From a virus: a stretch of DNA of 64,000 nucleotides. The notes beneath the pieces were generated by a model. The model made no database searches, was not told the origin of the DNA, and saw nothing but the letters and a program-made list of their open reading frames with translations. Location: positions 4,417 to 68,416 of the IMG/VR virus record IMGVR_UViG_2927124413_000004; one strand, 5' to 3'. Shown one piece after another: positions 53,977 through 63,400 of the stretch. The translations under genes were made by a program, and so were the position numbers. How positions within the stretch are numbered: the first letter of the stretch is position 1; every line of letters starts with the position of its first letter.

Positions 53977-55075
53977 TCACCCAGCATCCTCCGCAATTTC
54001 CTGCGCACCCTGGCCGGTCAGGGCGTAGCGTCCGCCGCGCTTTTTCACGACCAGCTTCTGACCGATCAGGGATTTCAGCATGCGCTGCACCAGCACCTTG
54101 TAGGGCTGCCCGTCGCTCATGAACCATTTGCAGGCCCGCGCCAGATCCGCCAGCGAGGCCGCCCGGTTGGCTGGATCGGCCAGCGCGACCAGCAGCTCGT
54201 TCTCGCGGAAGTGCACCGTCTTGGCGATCTCCTCGCGCCCGACCTCCGACAGCGGCGAGGCCACCACGGTCGGGATCAGCCGACCCTTCGAGTCCTTGAG
54301 ATCCTGGTGCGTGACCGTGCGCAGCTGGAAGGTGACCGGCGCGAAATCCGGCCCGCGAAACTTGCCTTGGGCGGAAATCTCGATCGAACCGTCATGGGCC
54401 TTAGCCGCCAGGTTGCCGTCGACTTCAGCCAGGAAGGCGCCGCCACCGCGCGGAACCAGGTTGTCGTCGGTCGCATTCTTGACCGGATGACAGGCGGCGA
54501 TCACGCACGGCCGGCCCGGCATCTCGGTAAAGCGGCGCAACAAGCGGGCATGATCGCCGGACTGCTTGTTGTAGGTTCTCATCGACGCCTTCGAAGAACG
54601 CCGCGCTGGTGTCGATGAAGATCGCGACCACGTCGCCCAGCAGCACGATCTCGGCGCGAACCCGTTCATACATCTCGGTGATCTTGAACACGCCGGGGAT
54701 GAAGTTGACATCGATCGAACTGATGTCGAAGTCCATCTGCTGCGCCATCGCGATCCAGCGCATGCGGACATCGTCGGCGTTCTCACCCGCCAGATACAAC
54801 ACCTTGCCACCGTCGACCTCGCGCTCGAGCAGCGGCTGACCGAGCGCGCTATGGGCCGCCAGCAACAGCATGATGGCGGTCTTGCCGGCGCCGGTCTTGC
54901 CCGTGAGGCTGTAAAAGAACCGGCGCTGCAACATGCCATCGAGCAGATAATCCGGCGGCACGAAGCCACGCACGAACTGTTCACTGGTCAGGATCCGCGG
55001 CAGCCGCGCCCGAAGCGGCACCACCTTGGTGTTGTCTTCGTCCTCAAAGTCGGCCACAGCGCGCACTCCAGACAT
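53977..55075 (-). pseudogene. AAA_25/RepA-type replicative helicase with a 1-nt insertion
   Basis: GKTGAGKT, VLYLAGEN and IFIDT are in one frame; NKQ.G.HAR, HPVK and PRGGGAF.AEVDG are in another. Switch at about 54571-54576. Confidence 0.85.
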
Positions 55076-55961
55076 CGGCTTGATCCCAGCCCTCGGTGCG
55101 TGATTGATAGATCTCGACCGCCTTGCCGGCGGCGCTCCAGCGTCCCTCGCAGACCAGCGCGGCATCCGTACCTGGACGCTTGCCGGTCCTGGGGTCGATC
55201 GGGTCGTGGTCCGCCCAAATGAACAGCTCGCGGACGTCGGCGAGCACCGGAAACGACCGCATCAGGCTGGTCGAGCCGAGCGCCCAGGTCGGGCCATGGT
55301 CCATCGCGATGGTCGCGAGGCCGGTCTCCAGGCCCTCGGTGATGTGCAACCGGCCGTCCTGCAGCTGCTGCAGCTTCATCGCGCTGCCGCCGGCTGAGCC
55401 GAGCATCATCGGCACACCATCCTTGCGCGCGTCACGGGTCAGGAAGATCCGCTGCACCGCCATCACGGCGTTGGTCGTGAAGCTCCGCATCGCCACCACG
55501 ACGGCCGGCTGCCGGAATTGCTCGTGCGGACAGCGCGGGTGGAAACGAATATCGCTGATCATCCGCGCCACCGAGAGCAGGTCGCGGCGCTCGAAATAGC
55601 GTTCGGCCAGCGTGCCCTCGATTCCCACCGCTGCATCGAAGGTCTCGCGCGCGATGCCGCGTAACCGCAACAGCGCGCGCTCGCGTTGTTGCGTTTCATG
55701 TGAAACCTTGGGCAGCTCTGCTGTCGAAACTTTTCTTGAGGTGTCGTCCTGATGCTCGGAGCCTTCCCACAGCCCGCGGCTCTTCAGCACCGCGATGATG
55801 TCGGCCGGCTCGCAGCCGCTCATGCAGCGGACCTGCACCGCAGATCGACCGTCGAAAATTAACATGCTCGGATTCTTGTCCTCATGCGCGACGCAACGGC
55901 ATTTGAATTGCCGGCCACTTCGGCGCGCACCCAGGGCGATGGCGAGCTGCTCGGCGGTCAT
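55044..55961 (-). CDS. Toprim-domain primase-like protein with N-terminal Zn finger
   Basis: CRCVAHEDKNPS..C.SGC, RFHPRCP, AVQRIFL, EGLETGL, IWADHD. Confidence 0.85.
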   Translation of the reverse strand: MTAEQLAIALGARRSGRQFKCRCVAHEDKNPSMLIFDGRSAVQVRCMSGCEPADIIAVLKSRGLWEGSEHQDDTSRKVSTAELPKVSHETQQRERALLRLRGIARETFDAAVGIEGTLAERYFERRDLLSVARMISDIRFHPRCPHEQFRQPAVVVAMRSFTTNAVMAVQRIFLTRDARKDGVPMMLGSAGGSAMKLQQLQDGRLHITEGLETGLATIAMDHGPTWALGSTSLMRSFPVLADVRELFIWADHDPIDPRTGKRPGTDAALVCEGRWSAAGKAVEIYQSRTEGWDQADVWSARCGRL

Positions 55962-55963
55962 GC

Positions 55964-56188
55964 TCAGTGCCTCTCCAGCGTCTTCCTGGTCTCGATGAAC
56001 AACTCAAATTCCGGCTCCTCGGCCGCGACCGCGCCGCGGTAGTCCTCGACGATCGCCTCCATCGCCGAGATCTCGTGCTGGGCCTGGTGCGGCGTCATCT
56101 TGCCGCGCACTTCCAGGCGCGCGTAAACCCGGCGGCGGAACGCTAACTCGCGCTCGACACATTCCAACTTTTGTTTGGTGGTGATCAT
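55964..56188 (-). CDS. Small phage hypothetical protein
   Basis: KLECVERELAFRRRVY motif. Confidence 0.65.
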   Translation of the reverse strand: MITTKQKLECVERELAFRRRVYARLEVRGKMTPHQAQHEISAMEAIVEDYRGAVAAEEPEFELFIETRKTLERH

Positions 56189-56676
56189 CAGGCGATCTCC
56201 TCTAGAGCGCCTCGCAGAACCTGCATGTCGGCAACCGCGATCTCGATCACTGGCTCAATATCGCTTTGGCTCTTTACGATCTGAGCACAGCCGCCGATCC
56301 TCTGATTGCAGGCGTCGATCTTTGAAAGCGTCACCCAGCGGACTTCGTCAGTAAAGCGCACCACGAACAATGCCGGGCATCCGAGTCCCACCGATCCCAG
56401 GCTCATCGCGAGCCACTTCCGCACGTTGAGAAACGGGGTGGCATATTGGTTGCTGGCGTGTCGGCGAGATTTCAGCTCCAGCAAGCCAACGACGCGGCCG
56501 TGACGCTCGGCGAACCAGTCGATAGGCGCCAGCATGCCGAAGCGAACAATTCTGCATTTCCAATGCTTCTCAATGATCGCGGCGACATCGGCCTCGCTGT
56601 CGCGATCTGCCTCGTTCTGAAAAATCTTAGTGCCGTCCAGATGTGTGATCTCATCACGCGCGTCGTAGCTCATCAC
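56188..56676 (-). CDS. PD-(D/E)xK nuclease-like protein
   Basis: PIDW...LLELKSR. Confidence 0.55.
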   Translation of the reverse strand: MMSYDARDEITHLDGTKIFQNEADRDSEADVAAIIEKHWKCRIVRFGMLAPIDWFAERHGRVVGLLELKSRRHASNQYATPFLNVRKWLAMSLGSVGLGCPALFVVRFTDEVRWVTLSKIDACNQRIGGCAQIVKSQSDIEPVIEIAVADMQVLRGALEEIA

Positions 56677-56990
56677 TGCCTCTCTTCGCGCAGCTGATCG
56701 ACTACGGCGCCGATGATCGACGACGGTTCGCCCTGGCTGTCACGGGTAATCGCGTGCTTGATGGTATCGAGCGCCACACCCGACTGCAGCGCCATCGATA
56801 AGATCACCGCGCCATCGCGGGCGATCGCCTCGACGACTTCGCCACTCTTGCCACCGTTGATGAAGACCTCGCCAATCGTGCCGTCGTCATAGTAGCCAAG
56901 CGTCACGGTGTGCGTGCGCGAGAGGCCGCCGAAGGCGACCTCGAACGTCTCGGCGCGACGGCGCTGCGGCAGCGTGCGGCGCTCGTTCAT
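56673..56990 (-). CDS. Stand-alone TSCPD/NrdJ-associated domain protein
   Basis: R.LP.RR..ETF...TLGYY.DG.IGEVFI....ARDGA...S.ALQ.GV.L. Confidence 0.7.
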   Translation of the reverse strand: MNERRTLPQRRRAETFEVAFGGLSRTHTVTLGYYDDGTIGEVFINGGKSGEVVEAIARDGAVILSMALQSGVALDTIKHAITRDSQGEPSSIIGAVVDQLREERQ

Positions 56991-56992
56991 GG

Positions 56993-57268
56993 CTAAAACC
57001 GAAACTGTTCGGGCTTCTCCCGCGGCGTGAAGGCGGTCTCGATGTCGATCGCCATCTGCCGCAGCTCGTTGATGATCCTTCGCGCCTGGTCCTCGGTGTG
57101 CGGGTAGCGCGCCAGGTTCTTGACCTGCCGGATCTTGCTCTGCACCGCATTCATGCGCTGGATCGCCAGTCGCACGAACTTGTCTTCCCGTTTCTCGCCT
57201 TCCGGAATTCGCGCGCGTGGCGCCCTTCCCTTGCCGTTGTTGGTCGTCGTCTCTGCAGCCGTCGTCAT
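56993..57268 (-). CDS. Hypothetical protein
   Basis: GGAG RBS; KF.RLA..R motif. Confidence 0.6.
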   Translation of the reverse strand: MTTAAETTTNNGKGRAPRARIPEGEKREDKFVRLAIQRMNAVQSKIRQVKNLARYPHTEDQARRIINELRQMAIDIETAFTPREKPEQFRF

Positions 57269-57497
57269 GCTTCACTCCCTTGCGCTTGTATTTGCCCCTC
57301 AGCAATTCTCGCCCCGTTGTCGTCAGCTCGAACCGGCGATGATCGAACGAGCCGACCTTGATCGGCTCGAGCTGTCCCTCGCGCACCATCAGCCGGCGCA
57401 TCCTGCCGCTCGGCTGCTTCCGCCCCATCACCGCGTTGATGTCGGCGGCGTGATCGGCGAACCAGCGCAGCGCGCGCCATCGGGCGGTCGTGGTCAT
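57265..57497 (-). CDS. Small hypothetical protein (3-prime end uncertain)
   Basis: MTTTARW... reads on past the next start without an early stop. Confidence 0.4.
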
Positions 57498-57822
57498 GCA
57501 CCTTCCTCTTCGTCATGCGATAGGGTTGACGGCGACCTTGACCGGAGCGGACCTCCGCATCGGTCTCCGACAGTTTCGTGTTGAGATGAAAAATGTTGAC
57601 GGCGACGGCCCGTCGCGCCGCGTGTTCCGATTTGCCGGGATAGAACACGCCGGCCAGCACCTCTGGCTCGACGCCACGCGGACCGGCTCGCCAGACGATG
57701 TCGAACAGGTCGGCGAGCACAGGCGACAAGGCGACGCCGTGCCGGACCAGCAAGCGCTGCCCGCAGCACGGGCAGACAGCGTGATTCAATCGTGATTTCC
57801 CGTTGGTCTGGGGCGCGACCAT
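57494..57822 (-). CDS. Zn-finger/winged-helix-like protein (ends uncertain)
   Basis: CPCCG followed by L.V.IFHLN.KL, an OmpR-like wHTH pattern. Confidence 0.45.
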
Positions 57823-57896
57823 TTATCTCACCGTGCAAAACCACATTGTCGAAAATGACAATGTGCAAAATGACAATGATGCGGGATCGCAACACA

Positions 57897-58346
57897 TCAC
57901 TGCACCTGGATGTTTGGGCGCAGGATGCCGAGCTGCTTCAGCGTCGCGACGGCGTCGTCGAGCGACGACGTGCAAAGGTAGGCGAAACCGCAAGCCACCA
58001 GGTGGGCGGCGATGTCGGACTGCTCTTCTGACATGCGGCCGCGCTTCAACCGCTTCAGCTCGAGCCAAAAAATTGAGCAGCCTGGGCCGGCAAAGACGAA
58101 ATCTGGCCAGCCAGGATTGACGCCCATACGTTGCAAACGTTGTCCCGTCAGCGAATAGCGCTTGCCCGTCTTGGGATTAATCCGGTGTTCGCGGTGTTCA
58201 CCGAGCGGGAGATGGGTCCAGCGCCATTGCGGGTTGCCCCAGCGCTTCAAGAGATCGGCGAGAACGACGTGGGTGTTAAACTCTGGCGGCGGCGGCGGGC
58301 TTATTCCGCGCTGTCGTTTGCCTTTGAACAACGACATCTGCCGCAT
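57897..58346 (-). CDS. VRR-NUC-like nuclease (resolvase candidate)
   Basis: GV.PGWPDF...WLELKR..G.+S.EQ. Confidence 0.75.
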   Translation of the reverse strand: MRQMSLFKGKRQRGISPPPPPEFNTHVVLADLLKRWGNPQWRWTHLPLGEHREHRINPKTGKRYSLTGQRLQRMGVNPGWPDFVFAGPGCSIFWLELKRLKRGRMSEEQSDIAAHLVACGFAYLCTSSLDDAVATLKQLGILRPNIQVQ

Positions 58347-58361
58347 GGGCCACCCGCTCGA

Positions 58362-58595
58362 TCATGCCGACTTCCGCAAATCTGCCGCCGAGGTGAATCC
58401 CCACAAGTCGATCGGCGCCCAGTATCCCTTGTCAGCCAGAGCGCATTTCATGATGAAGTAGTGTTTCGGCGGGAACCGCCTGCGCTGATTCTTCCAGGTC
58501 GTCGCGGCTTGAGGCACGTTGCCGGTCAGTCGACCAACGGCGGTTGGTCCACCGAGCACTGTCACCACACCATCGAAATCCCAGACAGGCCGCAT
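58362..58595 (-). CDS. Cro-like HTH repressor
   Basis: V..LGGPTAVGRLTG...A.TTW..R..FP; first gene of the leftward early operon. Confidence 0.75.
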   Translation of the reverse strand: MRPVWDFDGVVTVLGGPTAVGRLTGNVPQAATTWKNQRRRFPPKHYFIMKCALADKGYWAPIDLWGFTSAADLRKSA

Positions 58596-58658
58596 GCGCA
58601 AACTACGACCGCAAAAATTTGCTGTCGTCAAACCGTTATAAAATTTGATTGAGTGTCA

Positions 58659-58694
58659 GATGGTGCATGTTAGTGCAGGTGGACATGCACCATC
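58659..58694. promoter_or_regulatory. Perfect 12-bp inverted repeat in the divergent switch region (operator candidate)
   Basis: GATGGTGCATGT-N12-ACATGCACCATC. Confidence 0.65.
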
Positions 58695-58941
58695 GTGAAC
58701 CAAGGTGAACTATTCTGAACAATAACACGTTGGTGTGAGGACGAAAAATTTTCTGCGACAGACTCACGACGCTTGCCAACACTAAAAATTCGGCGTTGAA
58801 ATTATCACGACAAACGTTTGTTGAGCGACCGGCGCTTGGACTCAACGAGCGGTAGAGTTCCTACCAAGGGCTCCTGACACCTAGTTTTCAAAAGCTGAAC
58901 CGGCAAAGCCTGCAGGCATAGTGTTTTTGCAGGGGTGGACG

Positions 58942-59757
58942 ATGTTGTCTGCGGAATATAGCGAGTATCGCCGCGATAAATTCACCGGTTCGCTCGCCGG
59001 CAAGGTGATGACGGTGACTGACCCTGTCATTTTGAACAGGGTCGCGCGTCAGAAGGGTGGGCTCGAGCCGCCCGATCCCGAAACCTACGCGATGCGGATC
59101 GGCACGCACAACGAGCCATTCGTCCGCGCCGAACATGAACAGGATTGCGGGCATCCGATCACCCGCGTCGGCGAGATCGTCAACCTGCCGGCGCGCTATG
59201 GTTTTCCTGGCTGTGTCCTGCTCGATGGTTATCGCGCCTTCGATGACACCGTGTGCGAGTACAAGTTTCTGTCGTCTTGGTCGAAGCGAGAAGACTATTT
59301 CCCGTACCACTACTGGCAGGTGCTGTGGGAGATGCTGTGCACGGGCGCCAGCCGCGGCGCGCTGATCGTCGCCCAGGGCACTTCTCCGCCGATCGAGAAC
59401 GAGGTCATCTACGATCAGCCCTGCGCGGAGGCGCTGCTGGAGCGTGCAGCTGCGTTCATGCTCTGTGTCAAGACCGGCACGCCGCCCTGCCCGCTGCCGC
59501 CGATCGTGCCGCCGGATCGCATGCGGGTCATTGATCTGACCAAAGAACCCACGAACTGGGGCGACGAGCTGCTGGCCTATCTGACCCAGTACAGCGCCAC
59601 CAAGAAATTCCACGAGATTCACGAGGAAGCCGGCAAGGCCATTCGCCTGTTGATCCCGGACGACGTCAACCGGGTGCGCGCCGGCCGCTGGAATCTGAAC
59701 CGCGACAAGCGCGGCGCCATTCGCATCACCGCCAACAATCAGGAGATGGCCGCATGA
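58942..59757 (+). CDS. YqaJ/lambda-exonuclease-like recombination nuclease
   Basis: R..KFTGS, G..NE, LDG..., CEYK, Y.WQV...M..TG. Confidence 0.8.
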   Translation: MLSAEYSEYRRDKFTGSLAGKVMTVTDPVILNRVARQKGGLEPPDPETYAMRIGTHNEPFVRAEHEQDCGHPITRVGEIVNLPARYGFPGCVLLDGYRAFDDTVCEYKFLSSWSKREDYFPYHYWQVLWEMLCTGASRGALIVAQGTSPPIENEVIYDQPCAEALLERAAAFMLCVKTGTPPCPLPPIVPPDRMRVIDLTKEPTNWGDELLAYLTQYSATKKFHEIHEEAGKAIRLLIPDDVNRVRAGRWNLNRDKRGAIRITANNQEMAA

Positions 59758-60617
59758 CCAGCACCGAACTCGTCGTTCAACGTCCGGCCTGGCTGCCGCA
59801 GAGCTACGCCGAGGTCGAGCGCATGGCGATCGACATGGCCGAGGCCAAAATGGTGCCGACGCATTTCCAGAAGTCGCGCGGCGACTGCATGCAGGTGATC
59901 CGGCTCGGACTGGTGTGGGAGATGGACCCCTTCATGCTGGCGCAGGAATGCTACTCGATCAATGGCCGGCTGATGCCGTCGGGCAAGCTCGCCGCCGCGG
60001 TGATCAACGCACGCGGCAACCTCGCGGAGCGGCTGAACTACGAATATTCCGGCGAAGGCGACAGCCGCGCCATCAAGGTGATCGGCCGGCTGCAGGGCGA
60101 GGACAAGCCGCGCGAGGTCGAGGTCAAGCTCAAAAGCGTTCTAACAAAAAACGAACAATGGCAAAAGCAGCCTGATCAGCAGCTGATGTATGCCGGCGCC
60201 CGGACCTGGGGCCGCCGTCATGTCCCGGAGCTGTTGCTCGGCGTCACCTTCTACGAGGAAACCGACGCGTTTCCGCCGCAGGCGCCGCGGCTGATCAACG
60301 ACCTGCCGAAGATCGCGACACCGCCGCTCGCCCGCTCGATGGATGAGCTGGTCGACCCAGAGACCGGCGAGGTCCTCGAATCCGAGACGCCCCGCAAGAT
60401 CGAAGGCGTCAAGACCTGGGCCGATTTCCTCGAGCCGATGACGGCCGCGATCCTGCAATGCGCCGACATCAACGAATACGACCGCTGGATCATGCTCAAC
60501 CAGGACACGCTGTTGAAGCTGAAGGAAAGCAAGCCCGAGCTCTACAAGCTGTTCGACGACAATATCGACGCCAAGCGCGCCGAGCTCACCGCGAAGATGG
60601 AAGAGGCTCGCACATGA
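59754..60617 (+). CDS. recT: RecT-family single-strand annealing protein
   Basis: P.HF....GDC..V......W.MDPF..AQ.....NG.L, W..QP.QQL.Y...R.W.RR..PE.LLGV. Confidence 0.85.
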   Translation: MTSTELVVQRPAWLPQSYAEVERMAIDMAEAKMVPTHFQKSRGDCMQVIRLGLVWEMDPFMLAQECYSINGRLMPSGKLAAAVINARGNLAERLNYEYSGEGDSRAIKVIGRLQGEDKPREVEVKLKSVLTKNEQWQKQPDQQLMYAGARTWGRRHVPELLLGVTFYEETDAFPPQAPRLINDLPKIATPPLARSMDELVDPETGEVLESETPRKIEGVKTWADFLEPMTAAILQCADINEYDRWIMLNQDTLLKLKESKPELYKLFDDNIDAKRAELTAKMEEART

Positions 60618-61051
60618 AATTCCGTCTGGATCTTTCGAAGACCGGCCGGCTCGTGCTGGCGCCGTTCGACGAGGCGGCGGTGCGCTTTCTCGACGAGCAA
60701 ATTGATGGCGAGCCGCTCGAGGTCGAGGTGCTGCACCCGCGCGACATGGTTGAGCACCGCCGGATCATGGCGCAGATCGGCGACGTGGCGAAGGCGCTGC
60801 ATCGCACCCACGACCAGGTTCGCGCCGAGTTGCTCTACGCCACCGGCAACTTCGCCCTGGTCGGCGAACTCACCGGCATGCCGCCCGCGATCGCGGTGAA
60901 CTCGATGTCACGCCATTCGATGACCGATCGCGAGCTCCACATTTTCTGGAACGAAGCCAGGGAGGTGATCGAAACCAGATTACTGCCGCGCGTGGAGGAT
61001 GACGCCGAGCGTACCCGCTTGGCGGAGCTGTTGTCGCCGCAGCCTGCGTAA
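60614..61051 (+). CDS. NinB/DUF1367-like hypothetical protein
   Basis: Follows recT; pattern R..VEHRR..A...SMSR.SM.D.E...F. Confidence 0.5.
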   Translation: MKFRLDLSKTGRLVLAPFDEAAVRFLDEQIDGEPLEVEVLHPRDMVEHRRIMAQIGDVAKALHRTHDQVRAELLYATGNFALVGELTGMPPAIAVNSMSRHSMTDRELHIFWNEAREVIETRLLPRVEDDAERTRLAELLSPQPA

Positions 61052-61159
61052 CCGCGCAGCTGCCCGGCAAACCGGAGGCCCGTCGTTCCGACCTCTGCCC
61101 CCAGCCCTCGGGGCGGCGGGCCGAAGGAATGAGAATCTCGAACTTAAGGGGAATAAGTC

Positions 61160-61612
61160 ATGGTCGATAGCTACCAGGAAACGCCGGCCTTCAACGGATC
61201 GCAGAGTGATGACGTGGAGCTGGCGATCCGCAGCATCCGCCGCGTGCAGGCGGGCGAGCCGATGCTCGAGGAGATCGCCGATATCGTCAGACGCAGCAAG
61301 GAACGCGAAGCGGCGCGGCCGACGATGGCGATTGCCGACGTCGCGGCGCCGTTCTCTCAGCGCGAGCACGACCTGTTGCTGGAACGCATCGATCATGTCG
61401 CCAGCGACTGGGTGCAGCAGCTGCAGAGCAACCGCCACAACTCCGAGCAGCTCGAACAACTGGTGATCCAACGCCTCAGCAAGCTGAAGGCCGATCTGAC
61501 CCAGCTGTTCCTGCTCGGCCACGCGGTGACGATCGAGGCCAAGCGCGGCGATGACGTCAACAGCAAGCTGACGGACGAGATCGCAAAACTTGCTGAGGAG
61601 CTGCAGCCCTGA
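61160..61612 (+). CDS. Coiled-coil hypothetical protein
   Basis: AAGGGG RBS; helical composition. Confidence 0.65.
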   Translation: MVDSYQETPAFNGSQSDDVELAIRSIRRVQAGEPMLEEIADIVRRSKEREAARPTMAIADVAAPFSQREHDLLLERIDHVASDWVQQLQSNRHNSEQLEQLVIQRLSKLKADLTQLFLLGHAVTIEAKRGDDVNSKLTDEIAKLAEELQP

Positions 61613-61624
61613 AGGAGTGCCACC

Positions 61625-62272
61625 ATGGCAGTCGAAGCACGACGCGGTTGCGGGTATCGAAAAGTCGGCGGGCTCTACATCGTCAGCGGCAAGCTGGGTG
61701 AATCCTGCTGCAAGCTGCCGATTCCGCTGCACATCTGCCCGACGTGCGCGCAAGGCGTCAAGCAAACGCGCGGCTGGTCCTGGATCGATCCGCAACCGTG
61801 GTTGGCCCAGCCATGCATCGAACGCCGGCCATGGTGCCCGGCGGCCAGACCGGAGCTGCTCGGCGAACGTGTCGGCCTGTTGTGGATCGGTCGGCAATTC
61901 TATCCGACGCCGGGCGCTTTCACGCATGAAGCGGCACTGCACGGCGTCAGCCGCCGCATCACCGCGATTCCGCGCGGCTTCGTGCTCGGCGAACACTGGG
62001 TATTCCTGGCGCACCCGGAAGCGGTGGTGATCGAAGGCGAGAAACGCCCCGGCATCTTTTCGATCTTCAAGCCGACTGCATTCGAAAAGCTCGTCACCGA
62101 GACGCAAAGCCACGACGCCGACCTGATGGCCGACCTGGCCAAGCGCGGCATCGATGCCGTGGTCGTACCGGACACCGACCAGGACCATCAGGGCACGGTC
62201 TATGACGAGGCCGACGACCAGGAATTGCCGCTGACAGGCCAACCGGACTCCAACGAAGGAGATCGCGCATGA
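61625..62272 (+). CDS. Cys-containing phage hypothetical protein
   Basis: AAGGAG RBS; RRGCGYRKVGGLY and CPTC motifs. Confidence 0.7.
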   Translation: MAVEARRGCGYRKVGGLYIVSGKLGESCCKLPIPLHICPTCAQGVKQTRGWSWIDPQPWLAQPCIERRPWCPAARPELLGERVGLLWIGRQFYPTPGAFTHEAALHGVSRRITAIPRGFVLGEHWVFLAHPEAVVIEGEKRPGIFSIFKPTAFEKLVTETQSHDADLMADLAKRGIDAVVVPDTDQDHQGTVYDEADDQELPLTGQPDSNEGDRA

Positions 62273-62517
62273 CATCGTTCTGGATCGGACTCCTGATCGG
62301 AGTTTTCGCCGGAGGCACGCTCGGCGCGCTGACCATGGCAATCATGGCGGTGGGCAAGGACTCCAATTTCTGGCCGCCGCGCGCCGACGAGATCATCGAC
62401 CTCAATGAGAACGACCACGGCATTGCGCCGGGGAGCGAGGACCATCCTCGCCGCTATGTCGCTGATCGCTTCTACCGGGAGAAGGATCATAGCGATCACC
62501 AAACCTACCGACGCTAA
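62269..62517 (+). CDS. Small protein with N-terminal TM helix
   Basis: FWIGLLIGVFAGGTLGALTMAIM. Confidence 0.55.
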   Translation: MTSFWIGLLIGVFAGGTLGALTMAIMAVGKDSNFWPPRADEIIDLNENDHGIAPGSEDHPRRYVADRFYREKDHSDHQTYRR

Positions 62518-62529
62518 CGAGCAAGAAGG

Positions 62530-63138
62530 ATGCTAACCGTGGAAACCCAGAACGTCGTGATGGATCCCCGCGAGGCGCGGGAGCTCTATCGCAAATATAA
62601 GACCCACGTTCACTGGTCATGCCCGCTCGACCGCGAAGTGATGCGGGCTTATCAGCTGATCGGCCAGCAGAAGCTGGTGATCAAGGCGCTGGAATCGATC
62701 GTCGCCGCCGGCCTCGATGCCGACGGTCATCCCAAATTGGCGATCGCGCCGGCCGATGCGAAGGCGGTGACGTGTCGGATTCGCGCCGACGGCTCGGCCA
62801 TCATGGATGGTCGCGCCCCACGGAGCCAGAGCTTCAAGAGCAACAACGACAACAAGCTGATCAGCGAGCGCTCATACATCGCCTGGCCGCGCGGCTCGTT
62901 CGCCAACGTGCCGAAAGAAGTCTGGCATGCCCAGGCCCAGGTGCCGTCGATTCCGCTGCACCTCAAGCCGAAGCGCGGCCTCGCAAACTATCACATTCTT
63001 TGGGAGGCGGTCTGGACCAAGGCGCCGCCGCTCGATCCGTTCCTGCTGCGCCGGATCGGCAAGGCGGATTTGTGGGTCGTGGTCGCGATGTGGGAATTGA
63101 CCGAGGTGGAACGCGGCGCCCTGGCGACGCGGATGTAA
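62530..63138 (+). CDS. Phage hypothetical protein
   Basis: GAAGGA RBS; conserved-looking ILWEA.W...P.DP.LL...G..W.V...W.LT..E. Confidence 0.7.
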   Translation: MLTVETQNVVMDPREARELYRKYKTHVHWSCPLDREVMRAYQLIGQQKLVIKALESIVAAGLDADGHPKLAIAPADAKAVTCRIRADGSAIMDGRAPRSQSFKSNNDNKLISERSYIAWPRGSFANVPKEVWHAQAQVPSIPLHLKPKRGLANYHILWEAVWTKAPPLDPFLLRRIGKADLWVVVAMWELTEVERGALATRM

Positions 63139-63151
63139 AGGAGGCCTGCCC

Positions 63152-63400
63152 ATGAACACCGAACCGATCCGCGACGGCTGGGCCCGCTACCGCTACATGG
63201 TGTTGGCGCCCGGATTCAAATCCGGCGAAGTGCTCGACGAGGCGCGCTTGGCGTTTTTCGCGGGCGCCTTTCATCTCTGGTACATGCTGGCGACGTCGGA
63301 GCCCAAAGATCAGGCGCAGCTGATCGACGCGATCGGCCATGAGATGCGCAGCTTCGCCACCTTCGTCAACGAGCTGCGGCCGATGGGGACGATGCAATGA
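63152..63400 (+). CDS. Small phage hypothetical protein
   Basis: AAGGAGG RBS; AFFAGA motif. Confidence 0.65.
   Translation: MNTEPIRDGWARYRYMVLAPGFKSGEVLDEARLAFFAGAFHLWYMLATSEPKDQAQLIDAIGHEMRSFATFVNELRPMGTMQ

Noticed and set aside
56673-57497. 274-aa ORF as a single fusion protein
   Set aside because: The middle part is a shadow of the 56993-57268 gene, which has its own RBS; better explained as overlapping small genes.
58636-58845. 69-aa minus-strand ORF as a possible repressor
   Set aside because: No HTH pattern or RBS, wrong orientation for cI, and it spans promoter-like DNA.
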